Shown piece after piece: positions 38,665 to 47,512 of a stretch of 64,000 nt of DNA. The DNA is from Candidatus Saccharimonadota bacterium. GTDB lineage: Bacteria > Patescibacteriota > Saccharimonadia > Saccharimonadales > UBA10212. Location: contig JACDFN010000002.1 of the NCBI GenBank assembly GCA_013815775.1, positions 717 through 64,716 of the forward strand, written 5' to 3'. The notes below the pieces were generated by a model. That model was given only the letters and a program-made list of their open reading frames with translations. It did not search any database and was not told the DNA's origin. Numbering within the stretch: position 1 is the first letter of the stretch; each line of letters starts with the position of its first letter. Made by a program: the position numbers and the translations under genes.

Positions 38665-39333
38665 ATGACAAAGCGTAATCAAAATGGGTTCGCAGGTTCT
38701 CTGATGTGGATTGTAGTATTGTCAATTGGGCTAGTAGCCGCCTTGGTATTTGGATTATCGGCCTACACCGAAAACCAGACGACCAGGCAGGAATTAAACA
38801 GATTGGTTGCCAAAGCCATTACAGAAGCCGAGACTGCTCAAGCCACCAAGCTTAAACTCCAATTCGAGGAGGAGTCAAAAAATCCAACTAAAAACTACAT
38901 CGGCCCTTCGACCTACGGTTCGGTAACTTTTAGCTACCCTAAGACCTGGAGTGCTTATGTCGATGAATCCAGCACCAGTCAACCCATAAACGGTTATTTC
39001 CATCCCGATAAAGTTCCTGGATTACAAAGTAAAACCGCCTTTGCTCTTCGGATTGAACTATTGAATACCAGCTACTCCTCAGAGTTACAAAAGTATAATT
39101 CTCAAATTAAGGCCGGTGTCCTGAAAGCGGCTGCTTACGTTCCACCGAAAATGACAGGAGCCGCCAACGTACAGCCGGGCACCCGTCTTGACGGTTCTTT
39201 AAGTACTACTCAAAAAGGCTCAATGGTGATTATCAAGATACGCGATAAAACACTCAGAATCTATACAGAGTCATCAAATTTTACGTCCGACTTTAGCAAT
39301 ATCATTTTACCTAGCTTGACGTTTACTCCTTAA
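38665..39333 (+). CDS. Hypothetical membrane-anchored extracytoplasmic protein (222 aa)
   Basis: One N-terminal TM helix and no recognised domain. Confidence 0.6.
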   Translation: MTKRNQNGFAGSLMWIVVLSIGLVAALVFGLSAYTENQTTRQELNRLVAKAITEAETAQATKLKLQFEEESKNPTKNYIGPSTYGSVTFSYPKTWSAYVDESSTSQPINGYFHPDKVPGLQSKTAFALRIELLNTSYSSELQKYNSQIKAGVLKAAAYVPPKMTGAANVQPGTRLDGSLSTTQKGSMVIIKIRDKTLRIYTESSNFTSDFSNIILPSLTFTP

Positions 39334-39410
39334 GTTAATTAGCTGGTGGATGGGGATTAGCTGGCTGGTGTATACTAAGTTTCATATAGGGTACTTAAGA
39401 GAGGGTGTAA

Positions 39411-40157
39411 GTGAAAATACGAGCTGGCAATAATGGGTTTGGGGAGTTTGCAGAGCATCGTGCACTTCTGGCGGCACTAAGTGATGATTTAGCGCTACCA
39501 TTATTACAAATAAAAACCTCGCTTGAGCTCGTACAACACGAAGATTTCGCTAAGGCTACTCTGCTAAGACAAGCTAAAACGATGGCACTTAGCACGGAAG
39601 CAGGCCTTCAACTTATAGAAGCTTACAGGTTAGCTCTTCATGTAAATGAAAACGTAGAACTTTCTCTTGAACCGGTTTCTGTCGGCGCTGTTTTACAGGA
39701 TGTAGCCCATGAGCTAACTCCGTACGCTAAACAATACGACACCGATCTAGAGGTTGATGTTCAAGGTAAATTATCGCCTGTATTAGCGCATCAGGCTAGT
39801 TTGTTTGCCGCTCTACAATGCCTCAGTGCAAGTATGATACGCGCTCAAGCAGCTCAGGACCGCCAGAAGCGCTACCGCATGATGCTTGGTGCTCACAAAA
39901 CTCCAGACAACGTAATCGCTACTGGTGTTTTCAGCAATATTCAAGGCTTGTCTGATCGAACATTGCGCGCTGCGCGCCATCTAATTGGCAAGGCCCGCCA
40001 ACCCTTGCCGAATGTTCCAACTGGTGCGGCGGGAGGAGTTTTAATTGCTGATATGCTTTGTAGTGCTATGTGGCAGCCGCTCAGACATGCTGCCCATAAG
40101 AACATGGGTGGATTGGCCACGGGCGTTCCGGTTACAAAACAACTCCAACTCATATGA
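39411..40157 (+). CDS. Degenerate histidine-kinase-like protein (H-box His replaced by Asp)
   Basis: GTG start. The H-box-like segment LLAALSDDLALPLLQIKTSLELV compares with the consensus SHELRTPL. The downstream HATPase_c-like region has no clear N box or DxGxG. Local G+C is elevated. Confidence 0.5.
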   Translation: MKIRAGNNGFGEFAEHRALLAALSDDLALPLLQIKTSLELVQHEDFAKATLLRQAKTMALSTEAGLQLIEAYRLALHVNENVELSLEPVSVGAVLQDVAHELTPYAKQYDTDLEVDVQGKLSPVLAHQASLFAALQCLSASMIRAQAAQDRQKRYRMMLGAHKTPDNVIATGVFSNIQGLSDRTLRAARHLIGKARQPLPNVPTGAAGGVLIADMLCSAMWQPLRHAAHKNMGGLATGVPVTKQLQLI

Positions 40158-40200
40158 AAAATTATCAAATCAAAGCAACTAATCAAACCACCTCCGCTAT

Positions 40201-40602
40201 ATGTGTAGAATATTATTCATAGAAACAGATACAGTATTAGCCGCTAATCTAAGAAGTTTTTTTGGTCAGCTAGGTCACGAGGTTGAGTGGCATGTTAATC
40301 CGCAGTTGGCTGTCTTTAGCGCTGACGACAATAAACCCGACTTGGTAATTCTCGACCTGATGCTGGCCGGTCGTAGTGGAGTTGAGTTTTTATACGAGTT
40401 TCGTAGCTACCCAGACTGGCAGGATTTACCAGTTGTAGTGTTTAGCAATGTATCAGAAAGAGAACTTGGCCAGAGCATATCAAGTTTCCCGCATTTAAAT
40501 ATTTCAGCTTACCACTACAAGCCCCAGACCACGCTGAGCCAGTTGGCCCAAACAATAGATAAAGTTCTAAATCTCCCACGACATGAAACAGTTCATTTCT
40601 AA
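40201..40602 (+). CDS. Single-domain response regulator (receiver only)
   Basis: Acidic pocket ETD, phospho-acceptor in LVILDLML, Ser in VVVFSN, and Lys in YHYKP. No output domain. Confidence 0.8.
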   Translation: MCRILFIETDTVLAANLRSFFGQLGHEVEWHVNPQLAVFSADDNKPDLVILDLMLAGRSGVEFLYEFRSYPDWQDLPVVVFSNVSERELGQSISSFPHLNISAYHYKPQTTLSQLAQTIDKVLNLPRHETVHF

Positions 40603-41281
40603 GGGGATAGTTCTATCCCGCACAAATTATGGTGAGGCAGACAGGATCATTACTTTTCTGACTCCGGATCAAGGGAAAGTCAGAGCAATAGCAAAGGGTG
40701 TTCGTAAAAGTAAGAGCAAGCTGGCTGGGGCCATAGAACTATTCAGTGTTTCTGAGCTCACTTTCATAGTGGGACGTAGCGATATAAAAACCTTAATCTC
40801 ATCACGCCTACAAAAACACTACGGCAATATTGTCAAAGATCTAACTCGTACTGCCGCCGCCTACGATGCTATAAAACTTGTAAGCAAGTCAACAGAAGAA
40901 GATCCAGAAGAAGGATATTTTGATCTTCTTAAATCAATATTCGCAGCCTTGGATAACTTTGAACTTGACCCGGCGCTTTGCTTGCTATGGTTTGAGATGC
41001 AACTTATTAAGCTTTCCGGGCATATACCTAATCTTAATACTGATATTGAGGGCGCTAAACTTAAAGACTCCACTAGCTACAATTTTCATATAGAACAGAT
41101 GCAGTTTGCACCCAAAATAACAGATCAAGGGTTATTTAGCGCTAACCATATTAAATTTTTACGCCTTGGTTTTTCTGCCAAAGGACCTCAAGTATTAGGA
41201 CGGATTCAAGGTTCTAAAATCTTAGCGGCCGATGCCCGGCCCCTTGTTCAGACAATGCTTCAGAGCTTCGTGCGAATTTAG
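40583..41281 (+). CDS. recO: DNA repair protein RecO
   Basis: GIVLSRTNYGEADRIITFLT...GKVRAIAKGVRKSKSKL OB-fold N-terminus typical of RecO. Confidence 0.88.
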   Translation: MKQFISKGIVLSRTNYGEADRIITFLTPDQGKVRAIAKGVRKSKSKLAGAIELFSVSELTFIVGRSDIKTLISSRLQKHYGNIVKDLTRTAAAYDAIKLVSKSTEEDPEEGYFDLLKSIFAALDNFELDPALCLLWFEMQLIKLSGHIPNLNTDIEGAKLKDSTSYNFHIEQMQFAPKITDQGLFSANHIKFLRLGFSAKGPQVLGRIQGSKILAADARPLVQTMLQSFVRI

Positions 41282-41517
41282 GCCCTAGTTTTTACAACTG
41301 GGTGCGAGAAACCCCCACAGCTGACGCCCATCTCGTTGTTGCTAGAAGTATGCTTATCTCTAAACCATCATCACTAGATGGTGGTATTAATTTGTTAAGA
41401 GGGTAACTTCTTTTTTGAGTAACTCAGGCCTGTCATTGAAGCGCATTTTTTATACATACTGGCTCATAATGAGCTGAGTTATATACCGTGAAACTATATT
41501 TTAAACTTCTGTTCAGA

Positions 41518-41523
41518 TATAAT
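41518..41523 (+). promoter_or_regulatory. -10 hexamer TATAAT 8 nt before the glyQS ATG
   Basis: TATAAT lies at 41518-41523 and the ATG at 41531. No Shine-Dalgarno is present. Confidence 0.4.
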
Positions 41524-41530
41524 TTGGATA

Positions 41531-42907
41531 ATGAATAAAAAGGGGAGCTTAGAGGATATTGTCAGTCTGGCTAAACGTCGGGGATTTATTTACCCTAGCT
41601 CAGAAATTTATGGGGGGCTAGCAGGCGTTTTCGATTACGGTCCATTAGGTGTTAGACTAAAGCACAACATTCAAAATCTGTGGTGGAGTTCGTTTGTTTC
41701 TGGCTGGGACGACATGTATCCTATGGACACCGCTATTTTAATGAACAAGAAAGTTTGGGAGGCCAGTGGGCACGCTAGCGGCTTTAATGACCCGATGGTG
41801 GAGTGCAATAACTGTAAAAGTCGCCTTCGAGCCGATCATCTACGCAGTGACAAATGCCCCGTTTGCGGCAAAGAAGGAACGCTTAGCGAGCCCAAGCAGT
41901 TCAACATGATGTTTAAGACGACTACTGGCCCGGTGGAGGGGTCAACAGATTTAGGAGCTAATAGCCCCGCAGCGATAATCGATGAATTCTCAAGAGGGCG
42001 AGTCGTAAACGCTACAGAAGCTAACACAACTTACCTACGCCCCGAAACGGCGCAAGGTATGTTTGTTAATTTTAAGAACGTCGTCGATAGTTTTTATCCA
42101 GATATGCCGTTTGGTATGGCACAGGTAGGTAAAGCCTTCCGAAACGAGATTAGCCCTAGAGATTTTCTGTTTCGATTGCGTGAAATGGAACAGATGGAAA
42201 TCGAATATTTTGTGGCACCTGAACTGTGGCAGGAAAAATTTAATGCTTTTCGTGATGGCATGAAAAAATTTTTCACTATGGTTGGCCTCCCAGAAAGCAT
42301 GGTGCACGAACTAGAAGTTTCAGAGGAAGACCGGGCTCACTACAGCGCCAGAACAATAGATTTTGAGTTTGAGTTTCCGTTTGGGCGAAAAGAGTTGGCC
42401 GGTTTGGCTTACCGTACTGATTACGATTTAAAAAAGCACCAGGAAGTATCTGGTAGGAGCATGGTCTATATGCCAAAAGGTGGTGGAGCAGGGTTTATTC
42501 CACATGTTATTGAGCCTTCATTTGGAGTAGAAAGATTGTTCCTAGCCGTTTTATCGGCTGCTTATACGCACGATGAGGTAAACGGTGAAGAACGTATGTA
42601 CCTAAAGCTTCCCAAAGACGTGGCACCCATTAAAGTTGCCGTATTTCCACTTTTGAAAAACAAGCCAGAGCTTATAGAGAAGGCCAATCAGGTTTATGAT
42701 GTTTTAAAAAAGGAAATCGGGGAAGTTATGTTCGACGATAACGGCAACATCGGCAAGCGCTACCGTCGCCAGGACGAAATCGGCACGCCGCAGACTGTAA
42801 CCATTGACTTTCAAAGCCTAGAAGACGATACCGTCACTGTTCGCAATCGCGACACAACTGAGCAAAAAAGGATGAAGATTGCTGAGCTAGCTAACTCAGT
42901 GAATTAG
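41531..42907 (+). CDS. glyQS: Glycyl-tRNA synthetase (alpha2 dimeric type)
   Basis: RGFIYPSSEIYGG, YLRPETAQGMF, FRNEISPR and EPSFGVERL, plus a CxxC...CxxC insertion. Confidence 0.95.
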   Translation: MNKKGSLEDIVSLAKRRGFIYPSSEIYGGLAGVFDYGPLGVRLKHNIQNLWWSSFVSGWDDMYPMDTAILMNKKVWEASGHASGFNDPMVECNNCKSRLRADHLRSDKCPVCGKEGTLSEPKQFNMMFKTTTGPVEGSTDLGANSPAAIIDEFSRGRVVNATEANTTYLRPETAQGMFVNFKNVVDSFYPDMPFGMAQVGKAFRNEISPRDFLFRLREMEQMEIEYFVAPELWQEKFNAFRDGMKKFFTMVGLPESMVHELEVSEEDRAHYSARTIDFEFEFPFGRKELAGLAYRTDYDLKKHQEVSGRSMVYMPKGGGAGFIPHVIEPSFGVERLFLAVLSAAYTHDEVNGEERMYLKLPKDVAPIKVAVFPLLKNKPELIEKANQVYDVLKKEIGEVMFDDNGNIGKRYRRQDEIGTPQTVTIDFQSLEDDTVTVRNRDTTEQKRMKIAELANSVN

Positions 42908-42987
42908 GGCAGGGAGTCCTTAACAAGTCAAGCTATTCCTAAATTCTTAAAATGGAGTAGGATAGGAGTATTAAAGGGGAGGTTGAA

Positions 42988-43363
42988 ATGTTAAGTAACA
43001 ATAACGCGTATGCCATGCTGCCGGTAAGCAATATGGACGAGGCAAAAAAAATTCTATTCGGTAACTCTAGGTTTAGAGGAAACCGGCTCAGACCCCACCG
43101 GTGGAGGTGTATTTTACAAAACCGGGGAAACTAAGGTTATGGTCTACGAATCCCAGTACGCCGGTACTAATAAAGGCACAGCCGCCTCATGGACTGTAGA
43201 TAATGTGGGTGCCGTGGCCAAATGGTTGAAAGAAAAGGGTGTAAGTTTCGAGCATTACGAATTTCCGGGCAGCTCACGAGAAGGGGACGTACATATTATG
43301 GGCAATATACACGCTGCCTGGTTTAAGAACCCCTCTGGCAATATCCTGGGTCTAAATAACTAG
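42988..43363 (+). pseudogene. VOC/glyoxalase-family gene interrupted by a +1 frameshift in an A8 run
   Basis: AAGGGGAGG Shine-Dalgarno and ATG 42988. Frame 1 gives MLSNNNAYAMLPVSNMDEAKK. After the A8 tract (43044-43051) the sequence continues in the next frame as FYSVTLGLEETGSDPTGGGVFYKTGETKVMVYE...GNILGLNN. Removing one A gives a 124-aa VOC protein. Confidence 0.75.
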
Positions 43364-43380
43364 AAAGCTCTTGCTTTGAG

Positions 43381-43800
43381 TTAGATGAGCATAGCCCCGA
43401 GGATGGCGCCGGCAATGGTTGCGTTAAGTACGGTGTAACCCGCATCAATCAACCAAAGCTTCAAGCTTTTTTGAGCGAAAAGATATTGGGTAGCCAGCAT
43501 CATTGCCTGGAAGGAAACGCCAATCATAAGGCCGGCTTTAGCGCCGCTGCCAGCATCTAGCTCGACTGGGTTGTAGTTAAGCAAGCCGGCAAGTACGAAA
43601 ACTGTGACTAAGTTTGTCAGAAATGTCAGACCGAAAGTCATCGCCATATTTGAGTCTTTTAAATCTTTATCGGAGAGTCCGACCTCTTTCTACCATGGTT
43701 TACCTACCAGTGGGCCGTACCACAAAAAACCGACTATAAAGGGTACAAGGGCCGCAATTAATACTGCCCAGAGACTGATATCACTGAACTCGAAAATCAT
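43381..43800 (-). pseudogene. DUF1761-family membrane protein gene with an in-frame TAG at codon 37
   Basis: AAGGAG Shine-Dalgarno and ATG 43800. MIFEFSDISLWAVLIAALVPFIVGFLWYGPLVGKPW is followed by TAG (43690-43692), then in the same frame KEVGLSDKDLKDSNMAMTFGL.... The total length of 139 codons fits DUF1761. Confidence 0.7.
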
Positions 43801-43973
43801 TTCTTTCTCCTTTTAATTACTGCTAATTATGATTTTACTCGGTTTGCAACAGCTGTAAACAGCTTTGCGGTTAAAAACATAAGAATTACCTCGAAAAAGA
43901 GTTGATAGCGGTAAGTTTTATGCACACACATCTTCGATATTGGGTTTACTGACATCGTCTCAATCTAATAAGC

Positions 43974-45467
43974 TTACAAGTCTGGTTCATACTTTTTTAT
44001 TTTGGATATGAGTTCAGTGTACTTATACGGGGGGATACTTAATCGAATTTTTACTTCCAAAGAGTGGTTTTTACCCAATAGTTTGTCAACGATAATAAAT
44101 TGTTTCCATCGTCGGAACATTTCGTCACCACTGGAAGCATTTCTAAAAAGCTCGGGAGGTACTGACTTATTACGCATATTTTTAATTAGCATCACTTTAG
44201 TCGGTGGATTTTGCTCGTTTTGACCACTCTTCCTAACTTCTTGTATCGTTGGGTATTTTTTTAATTCCTTTAGCGGGCCCCAGTTAATAATATCTCTCAA
44301 CCTTCGTTCCGAAGGTCGCTGTTTCCAGTAACCTACTCTTAACTTATTTAAATATACACTTTGTGTCCAAATAAATTCATAACATCCAAGTTGCGTTGCT
44401 ATTTGCTCCAAATATTTTGGTGCAAGCTCCCTATTATCCTGAAGCCATTTAAAATATTCAGCGTTATCTTCCAGTGCTAAGTATTTGGCCTGGTGGAACT
44501 CAGTCCCAGATTTTAAAGCTACAATTAGCTTGGAGTATCTATTCAATAACTCCCCCGTGGAACGAATGTCTCTTACTATTTCCACCGGTAGAGTTCGATC
44601 TCTAAGACCTTCCTCGATTTCCGCTAAGTACTTGGTTTTTCTTTCTTGACGTTCAAGGCGACGCAATTCGTACCTTTCTCGAGCCTTAGCCTTAAAGTTA
44701 TTTAGACTACCGTCGAAATATTTAGCGGTGGTTGTGGCCGATGGCCCCATATCCTTTGTAGAGAGAAAATCAATTTTAGACTGAGATGGATCTATCCCTC
44801 CATTTGCGTCAATAAAATCAGCTCCCCAATTTATATAATCGTCTTCGTCCATGCTGTGAATGTCTGGCCAACCAGCCAGCTCATATGCTTTTCGTAAAGA
44901 TCCAACTAAGTTCTCGATAGTCTCAGGGTGGGGATTGTACACATTCTCCTTTGACTGCCGGTGAAGGTCGTCCCTGTTTGGTTTACGCCCGAGAGTTGCT
45001 CCCAGCATCTCAATATAATTAACAACATACTCTACGTCTATTTGCCCAAGGGCTTTATTGCGCTTAGTATCCAATAAGTTTGTGTACATATAATAGTTTG
45101 TGAGGTTTGTGAATTCATTTTCAATCTGCCAAACACTATAGCCAATGCCTAGTCTGCCAGCTCGTCTTAAAATGTTTTCATTTAGTCTTTTTTGATTTTT
45201 CCTTTCAGGCGGCGGCATTAAGTTGTAGAGCCATTGTCCATACATAACCAACTTTTCTTTACGTACCGGGCCTTTTTTACGATAGACAAAGGGAATATCA
45301 ATCTCGGAACTTTTAAGCAGTTCAATAAGATTGTAAATATCTGAAGGATGCCCCCCGGCTTCTAGGTGCAAATTGCGGGCGTCTTCGCCTACTAGCAGCT
45401 GTTCACTGAAAATATCGTAATAATATTGAGTAGTCTCATCCCCGGTTTGGCGGTTAGCTTTTTTCAT
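43974..45467 (-). CDS. Orphan 497-aa soluble protein, possibly with homing-endonuclease-associated-type helical repeats
   Basis: Long clean ORF in an AT-rich patch. No catalytic motif recognised. Segments LGRKPNRDDL...PETIENLVGSLRKAYELAGW and PSQSKIDFL...PSATTTAKYFDGSLNNFKAKA resemble each other. Confidence 0.6.
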   Translation of the reverse strand: MKKANRQTGDETTQYYYDIFSEQLLVGEDARNLHLEAGGHPSDIYNLIELLKSSEIDIPFVYRKKGPVRKEKLVMYGQWLYNLMPPPERKNQKRLNENILRRAGRLGIGYSVWQIENEFTNLTNYYMYTNLLDTKRNKALGQIDVEYVVNYIEMLGATLGRKPNRDDLHRQSKENVYNPHPETIENLVGSLRKAYELAGWPDIHSMDEDDYINWGADFIDANGGIDPSQSKIDFLSTKDMGPSATTTAKYFDGSLNNFKAKARERYELRRLERQERKTKYLAEIEEGLRDRTLPVEIVRDIRSTGELLNRYSKLIVALKSGTEFHQAKYLALEDNAEYFKWLQDNRELAPKYLEQIATQLGCYEFIWTQSVYLNKLRVGYWKQRPSERRLRDIINWGPLKELKKYPTIQEVRKSGQNEQNPPTKVMLIKNMRNKSVPPELFRNASSGDEMFRRWKQFIIVDKLLGKNHSLEVKIRLSIPPYKYTELISKIKKYEPDL

Positions 45468-45691
45468 TAACAGGTTAACTATATCTATTATTGATGAAGC
45501 TTAAAATTGCTAAAGTTTCTATATATATTTTCGACATCACATTAATAAAATTAAATGATGGCAAACTATGAATGGAATAAAAATAAATACTTGTAAAGCC
45601 TCATTCTTCCTTTATATCATGGGCCCCAGCGGTTAGAAGAAGGAAGGGTAATAGCGTATTAAGCATAGGCATTTTTGCTACAATAGAAGGA

Positions 45692-46966
45692 ATGCCAGAA
45701 GATACAAAGCCAGTCTTTCCTAAGAATTTTTTATGGGGGGGAAGTACTTCCAGCCATCAGGTTGAAGGTGGTAACTATAATCAATGGACGGTGTGGGAGC
45801 AGAAAAACGCAGAGCACTTAGCTAAAAATGCCGAGAGCTTATTAAACTGGCGCTGGAATAGTCCCGTTTGGCCAGAAATCAAGAAACAAGCTATGAGCCC
45901 AGACAACTATATAAGCGGACGCGGGGTTGAGCACTATTCAAAATATAAACAAGACTTCGACTTATTGAAGAGTTTAAATCTAAACACTCTGCGCTTTAGT
46001 ATTGAATGGTCTCGCATTGAGCCTGAAGAAGGGAAATGGAATCAGTCAGAAGTTGAACATTACAGGCGTTATATTGCCGAGCTAAAAAAACGAGATATTG
46101 AGCCGGTGCTCAACGTTTGGCACTGGACAGTGCCTGTCTGGTTCGACCAGAAGGGTGGTTTTAAATATCGTAAAAATCTAAAGTACTTCAACCGGTTTGT
46201 TCATCTTATAGCTAAAGAATTCGCCAAAGATTTGAAATACGTGATTACTCTAAACGAGCCAAACGTCTATGCCAGCTATAGCCATCAGCTTGGTCTGTGG
46301 CCGCCGCAGGAAAAAAATCCTCTAAGCATGGCCAGGGTATACTGGAATTTAACTAAGGCTCACAAGAGCGCCTATTACCTGTTAAAGCACGAGAATCACA
46401 GATTACAGGTAGGGGTTGCTAGCCAGCTGGCCAACATTCAGTCCAAAAACCCCCACGACCTATTTGGCGAGATGTCTACTAAGGTAATGCGTTACTTTTG
46501 GAACTGGTGGTTTTTAAACCGTATAAAAAGAGAACAGGACTTTGTAGGTGTTAATTACTACTTTACGGACTACTACAACGGTTGGTTTAAACACTCCAAC
46601 CCCAAAGTACCCCTAAACGATCTGGGCTGGTATATGGAGCCTGAGGGCCTTTATCCACTACTACTGCGTGCCTGGGCTCACTACAAAAAACCAATTATTG
46701 TTACTGAAAATGGAGTCGCTGATATGCACGATGAATATCGAAGGTGGTGGTTGGAAGAGACGATTGTCTCTATGAGAAGGGCTATGAGTCAAGGTGTAGT
46801 AATCAAGGGTTATTTTTACTGGAGTCTGCTCGATAATTTTGAATGGTCTCAGGGTTGGTGGCCGAAGTTTGGTCTAATAGAAGTCGACAGAAAGAACGGC
46901 ATGAAAAGGCGAGTAAGAGAAAGTTCTAAGTGGTTAGCAGAGAGGATTGAAAAATTATCGCCATAG
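45692..46966 (+). CDS. Glycoside hydrolase family 1 beta-glucosidase
   Basis: FLWGGSTSSHQVEG, acid/base Glu in ITLNEPN, nucleophile Glu in IVTENGVAD, and WSLLDNFEW. Confidence 0.92.
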   Translation: MPEDTKPVFPKNFLWGGSTSSHQVEGGNYNQWTVWEQKNAEHLAKNAESLLNWRWNSPVWPEIKKQAMSPDNYISGRGVEHYSKYKQDFDLLKSLNLNTLRFSIEWSRIEPEEGKWNQSEVEHYRRYIAELKKRDIEPVLNVWHWTVPVWFDQKGGFKYRKNLKYFNRFVHLIAKEFAKDLKYVITLNEPNVYASYSHQLGLWPPQEKNPLSMARVYWNLTKAHKSAYYLLKHENHRLQVGVASQLANIQSKNPHDLFGEMSTKVMRYFWNWWFLNRIKREQDFVGVNYYFTDYYNGWFKHSNPKVPLNDLGWYMEPEGLYPLLLRAWAHYKKPIIVTENGVADMHDEYRRWWLEETIVSMRRAMSQGVVIKGYFYWSLLDNFEWSQGWWPKFGLIEVDRKNGMKRRVRESSKWLAERIEKLSP

Positions 46967-47008
46967 AATAAGCTTGACCTTTTTAGTATTTTATGCTAAT
47001 ATAAAAGC

Positions 47009-47377
47009 ATGAAAAACGAATACACAAACATCCCTCACCCAAACCTTCTATCTCACTTGATAAAGGATAGTGAAATTCCTGCACTAATTAAAAATGCCGA
47101 AAACTCTCAGGCAAGCGTAGACCGTAGAGAAGTTAAAGATCGTGAAATGACTGAAAAAAATAAAACCAGTAGAATCATAGTAGGAACAGCTGTCGGTGCC
47201 GCCGTTTTAACAGCCTTAGCGGTACGCCATCATGAGATAAATAAAGTACAGGACCCGATAACAAACGGCCCTAACACTCCTGAGATCGCAAACACTTCGA
47301 ATCAAGGCATGAGCAATAGCGGCGTGACTCGAAGCGGTGGAGTTATTCATTTCCCGGCAACCGTTAATCGCGGCTAA
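47009..47377 (+). CDS. Hypothetical single-pass membrane protein (122 aa)
   Basis: Clean ORF with a central TM helix (IIVGTAVGAAVLTALAV). A -10-like TAATAT lies 7 nt upstream of the ATG. Confidence 0.5.
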   Translation: MKNEYTNIPHPNLLSHLIKDSEIPALIKNAENSQASVDRREVKDREMTEKNKTSRIIVGTAVGAAVLTALAVRHHEINKVQDPITNGPNTPEIANTSNQGMSNSGVTRSGGVIHFPATVNRG

Positions 47378-47404
47378 AATTAACTCTATAAACTTTAAGA
47401 AGCC

Positions 47405-47433
47405 TAGCGTTTAGAAATATCCACTAAACGCTA
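47405..47433 (+). terminator. Strong hairpin downstream of ORF 47009-47377 (probable terminator with a weak U tract)
   Basis: Perfect 10-bp stem TAGCGTTTAG (47405-47414) / CTAAACGCTA (47424-47433) with a 9-nt loop, followed by TATGTTGTG. Confidence 0.5.
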
Positions 47434-47512
47434 TATGTTGTGCTTAGACACAAGCTTTTGGACATCTGTGCATAAGTGATCGTTAGGCTAAAGCTTTTTC
47501 TTAATAAAGTAC

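Noticed and set aside
41282-41530. A T-box riboswitch upstream of glyQS (the GGTGGTA string at about 41391).
   Set aside because: GGTGG is the 3' arm of a simple 8-bp hairpin (CCATCATC-ACTA-GATGGTGG). I found no Stem I/specifier architecture, no conserved T-box 14-mer and no terminator or antiterminator pair. A -10 hexamer lies 8 nt before the ATG.
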